In this document: positions 48,260 through 57,214 of the stretch, one piece after another | How the letters are laid out: the number at the start of each line of letters is the position of its first letter | Numbering within the stretch: the stretch's first letter is position 1 | The notes under the pieces: generated by a model | Seen by the model: the letters and a program-made list of their open reading frames with translations, nothing else | Told to the model about the DNA's origin: nothing | The model's database searches: none | Virus record (IMG/VR): IMGVR_UViG_3300036791_000458 | Coordinates: 1 to 64,000 of that record | Length of the DNA stretch: 64,000 bases | Origin: a virus | Reading direction: 5' to 3' (one strand) | Translations under genes and position numbers: made by a program

Positions 48260-48511
48260 TTATCCTCGTCTCATGACCGGAACCATTTGTAGTACTGCGA
48301 TTCCAGTCTGATCTACTACCTTCGCCCACTGATAGAAATTGGAATCAAACAAAACGATTGCAGACTTCCCTGTAACGGGAAACGCGTCATTGCTCTTTAC
48401 CATCGTCTCTGCTTCAGTCCGGCTACAATGATGGTGGTGAAGGCAATTAGGAAAGTCACCCGTCTCATTCCAACGTCGAACATCACGATGCCTTAGTTTA
48501 CAGACTGACAT
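48260..48511 (-). CDS. Hypothetical protein
   Basis: 83-aa ORF, co-oriented and packed with its neighbours. Confidence 0.5.
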   Translation of the reverse strand: MSVCKLRHRDVRRWNETGDFPNCLHHHHCSRTEAETMVKSNDAFPVTGKSAIVLFDSNFYQWAKVVDQTGIAVLQMVPVMRRG

Positions 48512-48726
48512 TTTGGTTCTTCTGCGTCAACCAATTGTAGAAGTCGCCTACCTTCGTCTATAAGCTGTCGCATCTCCCCAATGGTAAGGTCATCGATTGG
48601 TTTGTGCGCGGCTTTTAGTTCTTTTGGAAACTCAAACTCAAAACCAAACTTGCGCTCTTGTTTGATGTATGCAAGAACAAGCATTAGCTCTGTTTTGACT
48701 TTCTGCCTTAGGTCAACATGCTTCAT
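48493..48726 (-). CDS. Hypothetical protein
   Basis: 77-aa ORF with ATGA coupling. Confidence 0.5.
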   Translation of the reverse strand: MKHVDLRQKVKTELMLVLAYIKQERKFGFEFEFPKELKAAHKPIDDLTIGEMRQLIDEGRRLLQLVDAEEPKCQSVN

Positions 48727-48911
48727 TTTATTTCAAGATAACCAGTATGCCCAATCGTTCCGGGTACGTACTCATCTTTGAACGTTTGATTGAGCAATTC
48801 TTTCAGTTCGTGTACCCACTCAAGAGGTGGAACTGTGGCACAGGTGATAGACATCTCTATCGCGTCAAATAGAACCGAAATTCTTTCTGCGCGTACTGGA
48901 TCATTTGCCAT
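48723..48911 (-). CDS. Hypothetical protein
   Basis: 62-aa ORF, coupled to its neighbours. Confidence 0.45.
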   Translation of the reverse strand: MANDPVRAERISVLFDAIEMSITCATVPPLEWVHELKELLNQTFKDEYVPGTIGHTGYLEIK

Positions 48912-48914
48912 GCT

Positions 48915-49559
48915 TCACTTCTTTAACGTGACACGTGAGGGTGTAACCGCGACTTTTGGTTTCTCTTCTTGTTCTTGTTCTTGTTCTTGTTGTTTAGTCG
49001 CGTTGACAATCTGATCGATGAAATACTGCTTGTCTACGTTCACACCGGGACATCTACTATCCCCGTACCCGACTCCCTGTCCTGCCTTTGGGTCATCCTT
49101 GTGGAGTCGCAAAGACTTTGGGTCAAGTTTAGAGTGACGTGTTAGAGATATTAGCGCGGAGATTGTATTGTCTCTGACAATGTCGCTTAATGGTTCAACG
49201 TTGTAGTCGCCTACCATCTCAACGCCATAGCTAATATCGTTCCCTGTCATAGTGTGTGAACCGGGACAAGTCAAAGGGGTGAACACCCAAATGCGATCAG
49301 CGATAAACAGATGTGGCCCACCATTTAAGCGAAGCTGATCACGATAGTATTTCTCCATGTTCATCAACCGTTGCTCGACTGTCACCTCACCCGATGACCA
49401 ATGGTCAATACCGGGATGAGATTCGGTGAAGCGCGGGATGAACGTATTGTGTAGCACAATAAACTCAGGTTTCCATCTGTAGTCTTCGAGACGAAGACTG
49501 CTGACGTATGCATCAAACTCTTCTGCATCAAATGAGCGATTAACTATTCCATACCACAT
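48915..49559 (-). CDS. N-acetylmuramoyl-L-alanine amidase (endolysin, Amidase_2-like)
   Basis: Zn-ligand motifs 'IVLHNT', 'PHLFI', 'GVEMVG', 'LHKD', 'CPG'. Confidence 0.82.
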   Translation of the reverse strand: MWYGIVNRSFDAEEFDAYVSSLRLEDYRWKPEFIVLHNTFIPRFTESHPGIDHWSSGEVTVEQRLMNMEKYYRDQLRLNGGPHLFIADRIWVFTPLTCPGSHTMTGNDISYGVEMVGDYNVEPLSDIVRDNTISALISLTRHSKLDPKSLRLHKDDPKAGQGVGYGDSRCPGVNVDKQYFIDQIVNATKQQEQEQEQEEKPKVAVTPSRVTLKK

Positions 49560-49699
49560 GTTTTTATCCGGCTTTCTTAGACACGAATTCTTACATCGGC
49601 AACTTGCCAGTAGACTCTAAGAGTAGCTGGTTTACATCTGCTACATAGACGATTGCTTAAGTCACTAGTTAAGAGTCAAGAACTCGCAACTTATTGTTT

Positions 49700-51571
49700 T
49701 TAGTCTAGTGGCATTAGATCGCTTCCGACATAGACCGCGTTTCCAATACCAGTCGCGCCACACGCATTACACTTCCAACTGTTGTCTGCATACTGAGACA
49801 AGAATTTGTTCGGACATCTTGGGCAAACATCCGGCTGTTGCTTCGATGTCATGACCTTTCCCAAAGACTTGATACCAGTTTTACTTTGCAATTCTTCTTT
49901 GTTGGTTGCCATCTTCTCAATCCATCCCCCGCTATCTTTCTGTAGATCAGATAGCTCTTTCTCACGATCTACTGAATTGATTATTTCGGTAGGGGTGAGA
50001 CCGGACTTCCGCTCTTTCTCTTCTCTTGCTTTTTTGATCTTTTCCGCGTCCTGTCCCCACATCTCAATCAAGCCATGTAATCCACTTTTCGCGAAAGCGA
50101 GCATGATACCTTCTGCTCTATCTGGCGATTTAATGCCACGCGCTTTCGCGTCCGCCTTTGATTCGATCACTGTCTGGCCACGGGGATTCGGTTTCCAGCG
50201 AATAGTAGTCAACTGACCTTTTGCGACATCGTCATCTAGTCCATTGACATCTCCTGCTTCGAACCTCAAACGAAGTCCCCAGTACAATTCCGCTTTGAGT
50301 AAAAAGAAATGCTCTTTGTCTTCTGGCGACTCACCTACATTGACATCTGACACCGGATAACCTTCGTCCTCAAGATGACGCGCTAGGTAATAACCAATTC
50401 CTGCGGAATCCACATTGACGTTTTCAAGATAGTCTTTGTAGGGCATCAATCGCTGTATCAGTTCCCCTCGTGGGTCGGGATCGGGCCACGCTTCAAGTAG
50501 CATGATGTCGCTTTCCACTCGAATACACAAAGTGGTTTCGTCCTCACCCGGCCCTGCAACGTCTATACCTGCTGATGCTTTCGCTTTTCCATCTCGTAGT
50601 TTTGCCCAGACTTTTTCCCTGTCTACTTCGCGATTCGATGCTTGATCTAGCCATGACAAGAATAAAAGCGAGTCTTCTGCTTGTTCCGGGAACTCGCCAA
50701 ACACTCTTGACTGGACAAATGGATTATTGATTCCAAGCGATCTAATCATCTGGTACACCCAGCGACGGGATATCAGATGAGGCACGGGTGAGATGTCCAA
50801 CTCATCCGGGGTCATCTTGATTAGTTGCGTAGGAGTCAAACCTTGTAGATTGGGCGTGTCAAAGGCAGAGATGGTAATCTTCGCATCCCAGAATTCACGA
50901 TCAGAGTGAAACGCGTTGTAGAAGTCACCGCCTACGATTGTAGGGTTACCTATAGCTAGCAATCGAACGTTACCGGATGCCATCAATCCTTCAATCGCTT
51001 TCCATATCTTCGGAACTACTCCGGGTGCTTCATCTAGGATGACTAAAATGTTCTTTGCGTGGAATCCTTGGAACTTAACGCCTTCGTCCTGATGTTCAAT
51101 GTTAGTGGTAAATCCTAAGGCGTAGCGTTTTGGCCCTATCTTTAGCTGAGTCAGAATCGGTTTGGGAAACGGATACTTGCTTCTACCAACTGCTGCATGT
51201 ATCTCTGCCCAAAGTAGTTTTTCTACTTGGTTCTTCGTAGGCGCAGTAGTGATTACTATTGCTTCTTCCCATCTCGCGAGAAAATGTAGGGTAGCTAATG
51301 CAGCGATGAAAGTCTTCCCGGATGAATGGCATGCCTTGACTGCGGTCTTTCGCTTAGTGTCGATAGAACGAAGTATCTCTTCTTGCTTTTCCCACGGGAT
51401 TGAATCTAACCAGACTTTGCTAAACTGGACTGGATCAATAAGCGTTTCTCTGACCTTCTGAGATTGCTCTGCTGTAAGTTTGCTGGGATCAATCGTGGGC
51501 GTATTCAGGGAAGAAGGGGGCGGGTTGGTTGGGGTTAGTCTCGCTCTGACGTTCTCACTAGTGAAAGGCAA
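49700..51571 (-). CDS. terL: Terminase large subunit
   Basis: 'WEKQEEI', Walker A 'CHSSGKT', Walker B 'VILDEA', 'IGNP', nuclease 'GIDVA..G.D', 'KSPDRAE'; C-terminal Zn ribbon. Confidence 0.93.
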   Translation of the reverse strand: MPFTSENVRARLTPTNPPPSSLNTPTIDPSKLTAEQSQKVRETLIDPVQFSKVWLDSIPWEKQEEILRSIDTKRKTAVKACHSSGKTFIAALATLHFLARWEEAIVITTAPTKNQVEKLLWAEIHAAVGRSKYPFPKPILTQLKIGPKRYALGFTTNIEHQDEGVKFQGFHAKNILVILDEAPGVVPKIWKAIEGLMASGNVRLLAIGNPTIVGGDFYNAFHSDREFWDAKITISAFDTPNLQGLTPTQLIKMTPDELDISPVPHLISRRWVYQMIRSLGINNPFVQSRVFGEFPEQAEDSLLFLSWLDQASNREVDREKVWAKLRDGKAKASAGIDVAGPGEDETTLCIRVESDIMLLEAWPDPDPRGELIQRLMPYKDYLENVNVDSAGIGYYLARHLEDEGYPVSDVNVGESPEDKEHFFLLKAELYWGLRLRFEAGDVNGLDDDVAKGQLTTIRWKPNPRGQTVIESKADAKARGIKSPDRAEGIMLAFAKSGLHGLIEMWGQDAEKIKKAREEKERKSGLTPTEIINSVDREKELSDLQKDSGGWIEKMATNKEELQSKTGIKSLGKVMTSKQQPDVCPRCPNKFLSQYADNSWKCNACGATGIGNAVYVGSDLMPLD

Positions 51572-51577
51572 TTTATT

Positions 51578-51790
51578 TTAATCTCTCGCTAAGTCTTCCA
51601 ATCTGACTTCACGTGAATATCCGAACTTGTCTTTTAATATTATTGTGCCACCATCGTGAACGTGGGCGGCTAGAATTCCCCATGTGTTCATCGCCTTAAA
51701 CGCCATGGCATCAAGCGCGCTCATCTTCTCAAAGAGACGCGCATTGAAGTTGATCTTATCCGGGTCTGCTATAGTAACTACTGCTCTCAT
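51578..51790 (-). CDS. Hypothetical protein
   Basis: 70-aa ORF between 51799-53466 and terL. Confidence 0.5.
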   Translation of the reverse strand: MRAVVTIADPDKINFNARLFEKMSALDAMAFKAMNTWGILAAHVHDGGTIILKDKFGYSREVRLEDLARD

Positions 51791-51798
51791 GACTTCAC

Positions 51799-53466
51799 CT
51801 ATTCTTCCTGCTTGTGAGCATTCCTTGATGCTTGTTGAGCAACATATGATGCTCTTCTTTTCTCGCCCATCGATGAATCATCATTCGCGTGAATTTTTGC
51901 AGCATTCGCGTGAGCTTCTCCGGCAGATGCATGATTTTCCCAGTCTGCGCTTCTTCCAGCAGCATCATGTTCTCCACCTCTTGCATAGTGGTAGGCACTT
52001 GCTGCTTCGTGCTCCTTTTTAGTAGACGCGTTTTCTGCTTTACCACCACTTCCAGCAGGATATCTACCAGAACCCGGCCCACCTTTGAAGACTACTTCTT
52101 CCCTACCAGTCGATGCTTTGTAGAGAGTAGTCGCGTCTTGTGCTTTAAGCGAAGATTGTTCTTTGTCGCGAGCATCCCATGACGAATCATGCGCGACTCT
52201 TGACGCGACACGTGCCTTCTCACTCATCGAACCAAGTTCATCTTTTGAAGGCGTGTCCGCTCCAGTTTTCAAATGTGCCTTGTAGGCAGCGGCATGAAGA
52301 TCGGCTGCATTTTGATGAGCATCAGCCGCGTCATTGTATGCTTTCATCCCAGTACGTTCTGCGATTTGCCGCGAACCACGTGCCATGATCTGATGGTGTT
52401 GCGCGGCATCAGCATGTGCTTTGGCGCTATCTGCGCCCAAGGCATTATGAATCACTCGTTCTCTCGCAGCTTCTCCCGCTGACGAACTACCACCACTTCC
52501 TGCGGGATACCTGCCGGAACCCGGCCCGCCCTTGGTCATTCCAGTCCCCAAGTTTTCAACCGGGATTCCGGCAGGAATGTTGTCTGCTCTCACGAATCGC
52601 TCAACATCGGACTTATATGGAATCGATGGATTCGTCCTCATGCCGTTGACGAAGTCTTTCACCAGACTACATTCTGACGCGTCCGGTGTTGACTGTGACA
52701 TCTGTTGAATGAATGATCGCTCAGGTACTTTCCCATGCGCGAGCATACTTGCTTGACGAGCAAGAGATGAAGGCGGCTGGACTCCTTCTGAACCAAGTGA
52801 TACCGCGTGCTCGTGCGCGTATGCCGCGTTAAAGTGCTTTTGCGCGTCCGAGTCTCTTCCTTCTGTTTGAAGTGTCGCGCCTACTCTTCGATGATACTTT
52901 CCTGCGCGTTTATGAGCATCAGTAGTTTGCGCGTTCTCTGATGCAATTTGATCTGCAAGGAAACTACCATTCTCCAAACGGGGCTGATCGGGCGCGTACT
53001 TGTTTACTTTGCCACCTGTTTGTTTAACGAATTGCTCAACGAAACTCATGTTACTCTCCCTTTTTCCCACCTCTCCGGGTTTAAGTTGCGTCGGTTCTTT
53101 TCTTGGCTTAACTAGAAAAGCATGAACTCCTATAGAAGAATTGTTTGCGTCAGTAGAAAGTCCCTCTCTGGTATGAGGATACTTTCCACCTTCTGTAATT
53201 ACTCGCCTATGAAGTTCCGCTGCGTGCTCATGAGCGTTCTGTCTCTGTCTTTCCGCGGCGACCAAGTTAGGACGATTCGCGTACATGTTCGCTTCTCTAT
53301 CATGATAGTTCGCAGCTTCCTCGTGTTCTGCATCAGTACTCGCGCTCGAACACTGCTTCATCTTCTCTTCGGTATCTTGCTCACACTCATCGAAGTGTTC
53401 ATGATCAGGTCTCGCGTTACCCGTATCGCCTCCGTACTGGTAAATGTAATTCTCAAGTAAGCTCAT
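51799..53466 (-). CDS. His/Ala-rich repeat protein carrying cargo-like tags (putative internal head protein)
   Basis: Four helical blocks with H..AA..H periodicity; KYAPDQPRLENGSF and two KGGPGSGRYPAGSGG motifs. Confidence 0.65.
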   Translation of the reverse strand: MSLLENYIYQYGGDTGNARPDHEHFDECEQDTEEKMKQCSSASTDAEHEEAANYHDREANMYANRPNLVAAERQRQNAHEHAAELHRRVITEGGKYPHTREGLSTDANNSSIGVHAFLVKPRKEPTQLKPGEVGKRESNMSFVEQFVKQTGGKVNKYAPDQPRLENGSFLADQIASENAQTTDAHKRAGKYHRRVGATLQTEGRDSDAQKHFNAAYAHEHAVSLGSEGVQPPSSLARQASMLAHGKVPERSFIQQMSQSTPDASECSLVKDFVNGMRTNPSIPYKSDVERFVRADNIPAGIPVENLGTGMTKGGPGSGRYPAGSGGSSSAGEAARERVIHNALGADSAKAHADAAQHHQIMARGSRQIAERTGMKAYNDAADAHQNAADLHAAAYKAHLKTGADTPSKDELGSMSEKARVASRVAHDSSWDARDKEQSSLKAQDATTLYKASTGREEVVFKGGPGSGRYPAGSGGKAENASTKKEHEAASAYHYARGGEHDAAGRSADWENHASAGEAHANAAKIHANDDSSMGEKRRASYVAQQASRNAHKQEE

Positions 53467-53479
53467 CTACTTTTCTTTC

Positions 53480-53716
53480 TAAGCACGAACAAAATTTGAT
53501 TTCTGAACCTAATTTTCTCCCCGGTGGAGATTTTCCAGTCGAAGACTACTTTTGACTAGTGCTTAGTGCAAAAAACAAAGTGCTTACTTACTTTTTGGAC
53601 TAAGCACTAGTCTTTTTTCATTATTCAACTACCCTGAATATGACTTTTCCCGTCCCCCGATAAACACATAAAATTTCCGAAAACTGACTAAGCACACTCG
53701 AAAATGGCATAAGCAC
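53480..53716. repeat. Six TAAGCAC boxes and a 14-bp inverted repeat in an AT-rich intergenic region
   Basis: TAAGCAC at 53480, 53601, 53689, 53710; GTGCTTA at 53559, 53580; IR GACTAGTGCTTAGT (53554-53567) / ACTAAGCACTAGTC (53599-53612). Confidence 0.75.
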
Positions 53717-53742
53717 ATTTAAAAATAGGAAAGCTAAGTGAT

Positions 53743-54093
53743 TTAAGTGATTTTCGACTGAGATTCATGATCGAATCCATTCGGTTTGGTGATACGAATT
53801 TCACCACTAGTTAAACGCTCATCGTTTTCTGTCACCTGCCTACTCAAACTCTTCAGAAAATCACTCGAACTCGTTTTTCCCCCCGACGAAGATTGATCGG
53901 AAGTAGAATTCGAATTGTGCTTTGGGGTTTTCAGTAGTTCGAGTGATAGCTTAAACGCGATTCGAATCGCGTCTAATATGCTATTTCCATATGTCCGGAA
54001 ACAATGGTACTGCATCCAAAAGTGTCTGGGCAGGGAAAGGATACGCTTCCATAGTGGTCGCCTTTTCAGGATTACTTCTTTACCAGTATCCAT
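53743..54093 (-). CDS. Hypothetical protein
   Basis: 116-aa ORF with GAGG upstream. Confidence 0.45.
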   Translation of the reverse strand: MDTGKEVILKRRPLWKRILSLPRHFWMQYHCFRTYGNSILDAIRIAFKLSLELLKTPKHNSNSTSDQSSSGGKTSSSDFLKSLSRQVTENDERLTSGEIRITKPNGFDHESQSKIT

Positions 54094-54183
54094 TTAAGCA
54101 TCCTCTGAGACAGTTTCCCACGTATCCCAGTGTCAAAAACGTCTACGAACTCGTTAGAAGGGCAAGCAATTAGGTTTAAACTA

Positions 54184-55071
54184 CTATCCTATGGTTCCCT
54201 CTATAGTGTTCGGGTGATTCCCATTCCTACCTGTCCCGCCATTCCTCGTGGGATAGGTCTCATGTGGCACATTTCCATCAGTCAACTGGTGCACATTCAT
54301 CTGTCCGACATCACCATTGATAATCGCGTCTAGTACGTTGATAGTTACATTAGTTGGCTCCTGCTCTTCCTTAGGCATGAGTCTCTGCCACTTAGTCAAA
54401 AGAGTAAGCGCTTGAAGTTTGTCATGTAGTTTGAACTTAGTCCGCCTTACTTTGGTAAAAACTTTAACTCCATTGTTTACAATAGGTTCCCTCAACACTT
54501 CTTCCTCGCAGATAAGTTCTCCAATCGCAGCTGCTTGATTACGTGTGATATTTTGTAAATCAAATGACCATGATCCATCGGGATTGATCTGAATGTAATC
54601 GTACACATTGGAATAAGCGAGATTAGCGAGCTCTGATAGAGTCTTCTCAGCAGAAATTTCGAGGTGCCTAGACGCAACTTTAAGTACTCGATCTATCTCT
54701 TCTTTCACTCTGGGATTTTTCAGTAAGATAACCGAAACCTGCATAGGGTTCGAGTATCCTGCCTTCTGTGCCGCGGCTGTACCATTTAACTTGGGGTCTT
54801 CAACAAAGAACCGTACAAAAAGTGCTTGCCTAACGGTCAACTTACTTCCGGTAGCTCCACGTTTACCAAGCTTGATGAACTGATTGGAAATTTCCTGCTT
54901 TTTCTTGGTAGCTTTCGCAGTGGAATTCTGACGGGACTTCTTGGACTTCTCTCTTTTTTGGGGGGAGATAGGTTTTCCAGTCGAAAAGACTAAAGGTACA
55001 CGCGGGGGGACAGTCCTAACTTCTTGAGGCGTATTATCCATATAAACATTGGGGTGCCCATAACTAAACAT
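54184..55071 (-). CDS. terS: Terminase small subunit
   Basis: 'LT.RQ..FV..F....NGT.AA.KAGYS', 'LLKNP.V...I', 'L.EL..LA.SN', 'K.KLHDK..AL'. Confidence 0.88.
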   Translation of the reverse strand: MFSYGHPNVYMDNTPQEVRTVPPRVPLVFSTGKPISPQKREKSKKSRQNSTAKATKKKQEISNQFIKLGKRGATGSKLTVRQALFVRFFVEDPKLNGTAAAQKAGYSNPMQVSVILLKNPRVKEEIDRVLKVASRHLEISAEKTLSELANLAYSNVYDYIQINPDGSWSFDLQNITRNQAAAIGELICEEEVLREPIVNNGVKVFTKVRRTKFKLHDKLQALTLLTKWQRLMPKEEQEPTNVTINVLDAIINGDVGQMNVHQLTDGNVPHETYPTRNGGTGRNGNHPNTIEGTIG

Positions 55072-55131
55072 GTCCGAAAATGTCTATTTGAGCAAGACAC
55101 ACTTAGGTACAAGACACAAATCCGGATGAAG

Positions 55132-55162
55132 ATTATGGTACTCGTATTGAGGGGGTTGTCAA
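55132..55162 (-). promoter_or_regulatory. Possible sigma70-type promoter upstream of terS
   Basis: TTGACA (55162-55157) with TACCAT at 16-nt or CATAAT at 19-nt spacing. Confidence 0.4.
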
Positions 55163-55232
55163 GGGCGAGGGAAGTTATTAGGTAAATAAATTACCTTAGA
55201 CAGCATGAATGGATTCTAACTTTTTAAAATAT

Positions 55233-56493
55233 AGCTCAGACTCAGACTGTGACTATGACTTAAACTTTGACTGTAGCCGTCTTTGACTCCGACTTAGACC
55301 TTGTCCATGACTTCGACTGTAGCTTACGAACGTCTTTGGAACTCTATGACTTTGACCACGACCTTGCCTTCGACTGTGGCTACTGAGACTTTGGCATTGA
55401 AAAGGACTCGGCCTTTGACTGCGACTACGATTACGACTTCTTCAACTTCGACTTAGGCATCAACCGTGACTTTAACCTTGACTCCGGCTTCTAAGACTAT
55501 GCCTAAACAGGGACTCAAGCTATGACTGAGACTCCGTCTTCTTTGACTTCAACTACGACACCGACTTCGACACCAGCTATGGCCAAGTCCTTGACTTTAA
55601 CCTTGACTCCGGCCTCTGTGACTTAAACACTGCCTGGGACTACGACTTCAACTGTAGCTTCTACGACTTCGACATAGATATCGCCTTCGACTCTGCCTAG
55701 AACGTTGACTATGGCCTCTTTGACTAGAACATTGACCTCGTCTGTAACTCTGACTTCGGCACTCTTCGTCTACGGCAATGACCGGGTCTATAGCTGCGAC
55801 TCCAACTTCGGCTTCTTCGTCTTCAACCTAGACTGGGACTACGACTTCAACTGCGACTTCTTAGACTCAAACTTAAACATCGGCTATAACTCAAACTTTG
55901 ACACGGACTCAAGCGATTATGACTATGGCCGTGACTTGGACTCAGACTCCTGAGACTGCGACTTCGTCTACGGCAATGACTATAACTGTGCCTTGGACTT
56001 CGACTTCAGCTTCTGTGACTACGACACCGACTTTGTCCATAACTTTGACCGTGATTTATAACTAGACTACAACTCCGACTTTGACATTGCCCATGACCTT
56101 GACTACGACAGAAGACTACAGCTTCTGAGACTCGGACTGGGACTTCGTCTAAAACTCAAACTCTGACAGCGGCTGTGACCATGACTTTAACTGAGACTGT
56201 AGCTTCTCGGACTTAGACACAAACTTAGACCTCGCCCATGACAATAACCATGACTTCAACTGCGACTGTGACTCCAGCTTCTGCGACTAGGACATAAACC
56301 ACGACTTCATCTTAGACCGGGACTGCGGCTAGCTTCGACACGAGCTTTGACTTAGCCCACGACTATGCTTCAACTTTTTACGCGTAGACTTTGACTTGGC
56401 TTCAACTTAGTCATTGACTATGGCTTCTGTGACTAGGACTGTGACTGAATCATTGACACCGACTACGGCTTCTGAGACTATGACGTAAACTTC
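55233..56493 (-). repeat. Main hexamer-periodic array (+ strand consensus GACTNN; - strand AGTC-NN) punctuated into 6n+3-nt units; candidate guide-RNA array
   Basis: About 200 hexamers with near-invariant C at position 3 and free positions 5-6; recurrent 9-nt punctuation RGC TTC TNN; stop codons in all frames. Confidence 0.85.
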
Positions 56494-56644
56494 ACTTCGA
56501 TTCTACTTGCCTATTGTCTGCAAGAAGTAATAACGCTTCAAGTTCAAACTGCAATTTTAGTGTATCCGTGCCATCAACATCCTCACCATTCTTCTTACGA
56601 AGCAATTCCAAAAGATGTCGGGTTGCAGTAAAATCCATGATCAT
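56492..56644 (-). CDS. 50-aa hypothetical protein embedded between array segments (not in the ORF track)
   Basis: MIMDFTATRHLLELLRKKNGEDVDGTDTLKLQFELEALLLLADNRQVESK*, with SD GGAG upstream. Confidence 0.6.
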   Translation of the reverse strand: MIMDFTATRHLLELLRKKNGEDVDGTDTLKLQFELEALLLLADNRQVESK

Positions 56645-56657
56645 TTAGCTACTCCAA

Positions 56658-56840
56658 TACTTTGACAGTGACTTAATCATAAGCACCGACATGGACTACG
56701 ACTGTGGCTTCTATGACTCAGTCATGGACTCGAACTAGGACTGTGGCAGCAACTTCAACCTTGACTATGACTCCGGCTTCTTCGACTTTGATCAAGGCTA
56801 TAACTTCAACCTAGACTGCGGCATCGGCTTCTTTGACTTC
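56658..56840 (-). repeat. Second hexamer-periodic array segment
   Basis: Same grammar; GGC TTC T punctuation at 56706, 56775, 56826 (spacing 69, 51). Confidence 0.8.
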
Positions 56841-57077
56841 GGGTTCATCAGGTTCATCGGTGAGAGTGACCTTGAAATATTCGCCACCTATCGAAAACAC
56901 ACGAGCGATATGTGATTCTTCTTCTGAAAGTGGTCTCCCAACTTCAATGCTAATGACAGGAGAAAAACCCTCGCTATAATCCGTTGCTTCCTTCACAAAA
57001 ACATCAAAATCGTTTTCCTCAAGATCATTACCTTCGAGCGGTATTTCAATCAAAAGTTTTTTCAAGTTTGCCTCCAT
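56811..57077 (-). CDS. Acidic hypothetical protein (88 aa); C-terminus runs into the array
   Basis: Clean ORF, D/E-rich. Confidence 0.6.
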   Translation of the reverse strand: MEANLKKLLIEIPLEGNDLEENDFDVFVKEATDYSEGFSPVISIEVGRPLSEEESHIARVFSIGGEYFKVTLTDEPDEPEVKEADAAV

Positions 57078-57084
57078 TTTCTTT

Positions 57085-57205
57085 ATCTTTGACTAAAACT
57101 GCGACTGAAACTGTGACTTAGACTCCGGCTTCTTCGACTGAAACTCGAACTCTGACACGAACCGTGACTTTGACTCAGGCTTCTTCGACTTTGGCTATGA
57201 CTTAG
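57085..57205 (-). repeat. Third hexamer-periodic array segment
   Basis: GACTNN/AACTNN hexamers; GGC TTC TTC punctuation at 57127 and 57178 (spacing 51). Confidence 0.8.
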
Positions 57206-57214
57206 CTAAGGCGG

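Noticed and set aside
55233-56493. Canonical CRISPR array
   Set aside because: No identical 23-47-bp repeats separated by unique spacers; conservation is spread at a 6-nt period.
55233-57205. Reading the periodic region as a repeat protein (SRSRS, VEVEV or DxDx), including ORF 55705-55953 (+), or as recoded stop codons
   Set aside because: Stops occur in every frame, more than one stop type appears in the main repeat frames, 1-nt indels break phase, and the phage's normal genes use TAA, TAG and TGA as stops.
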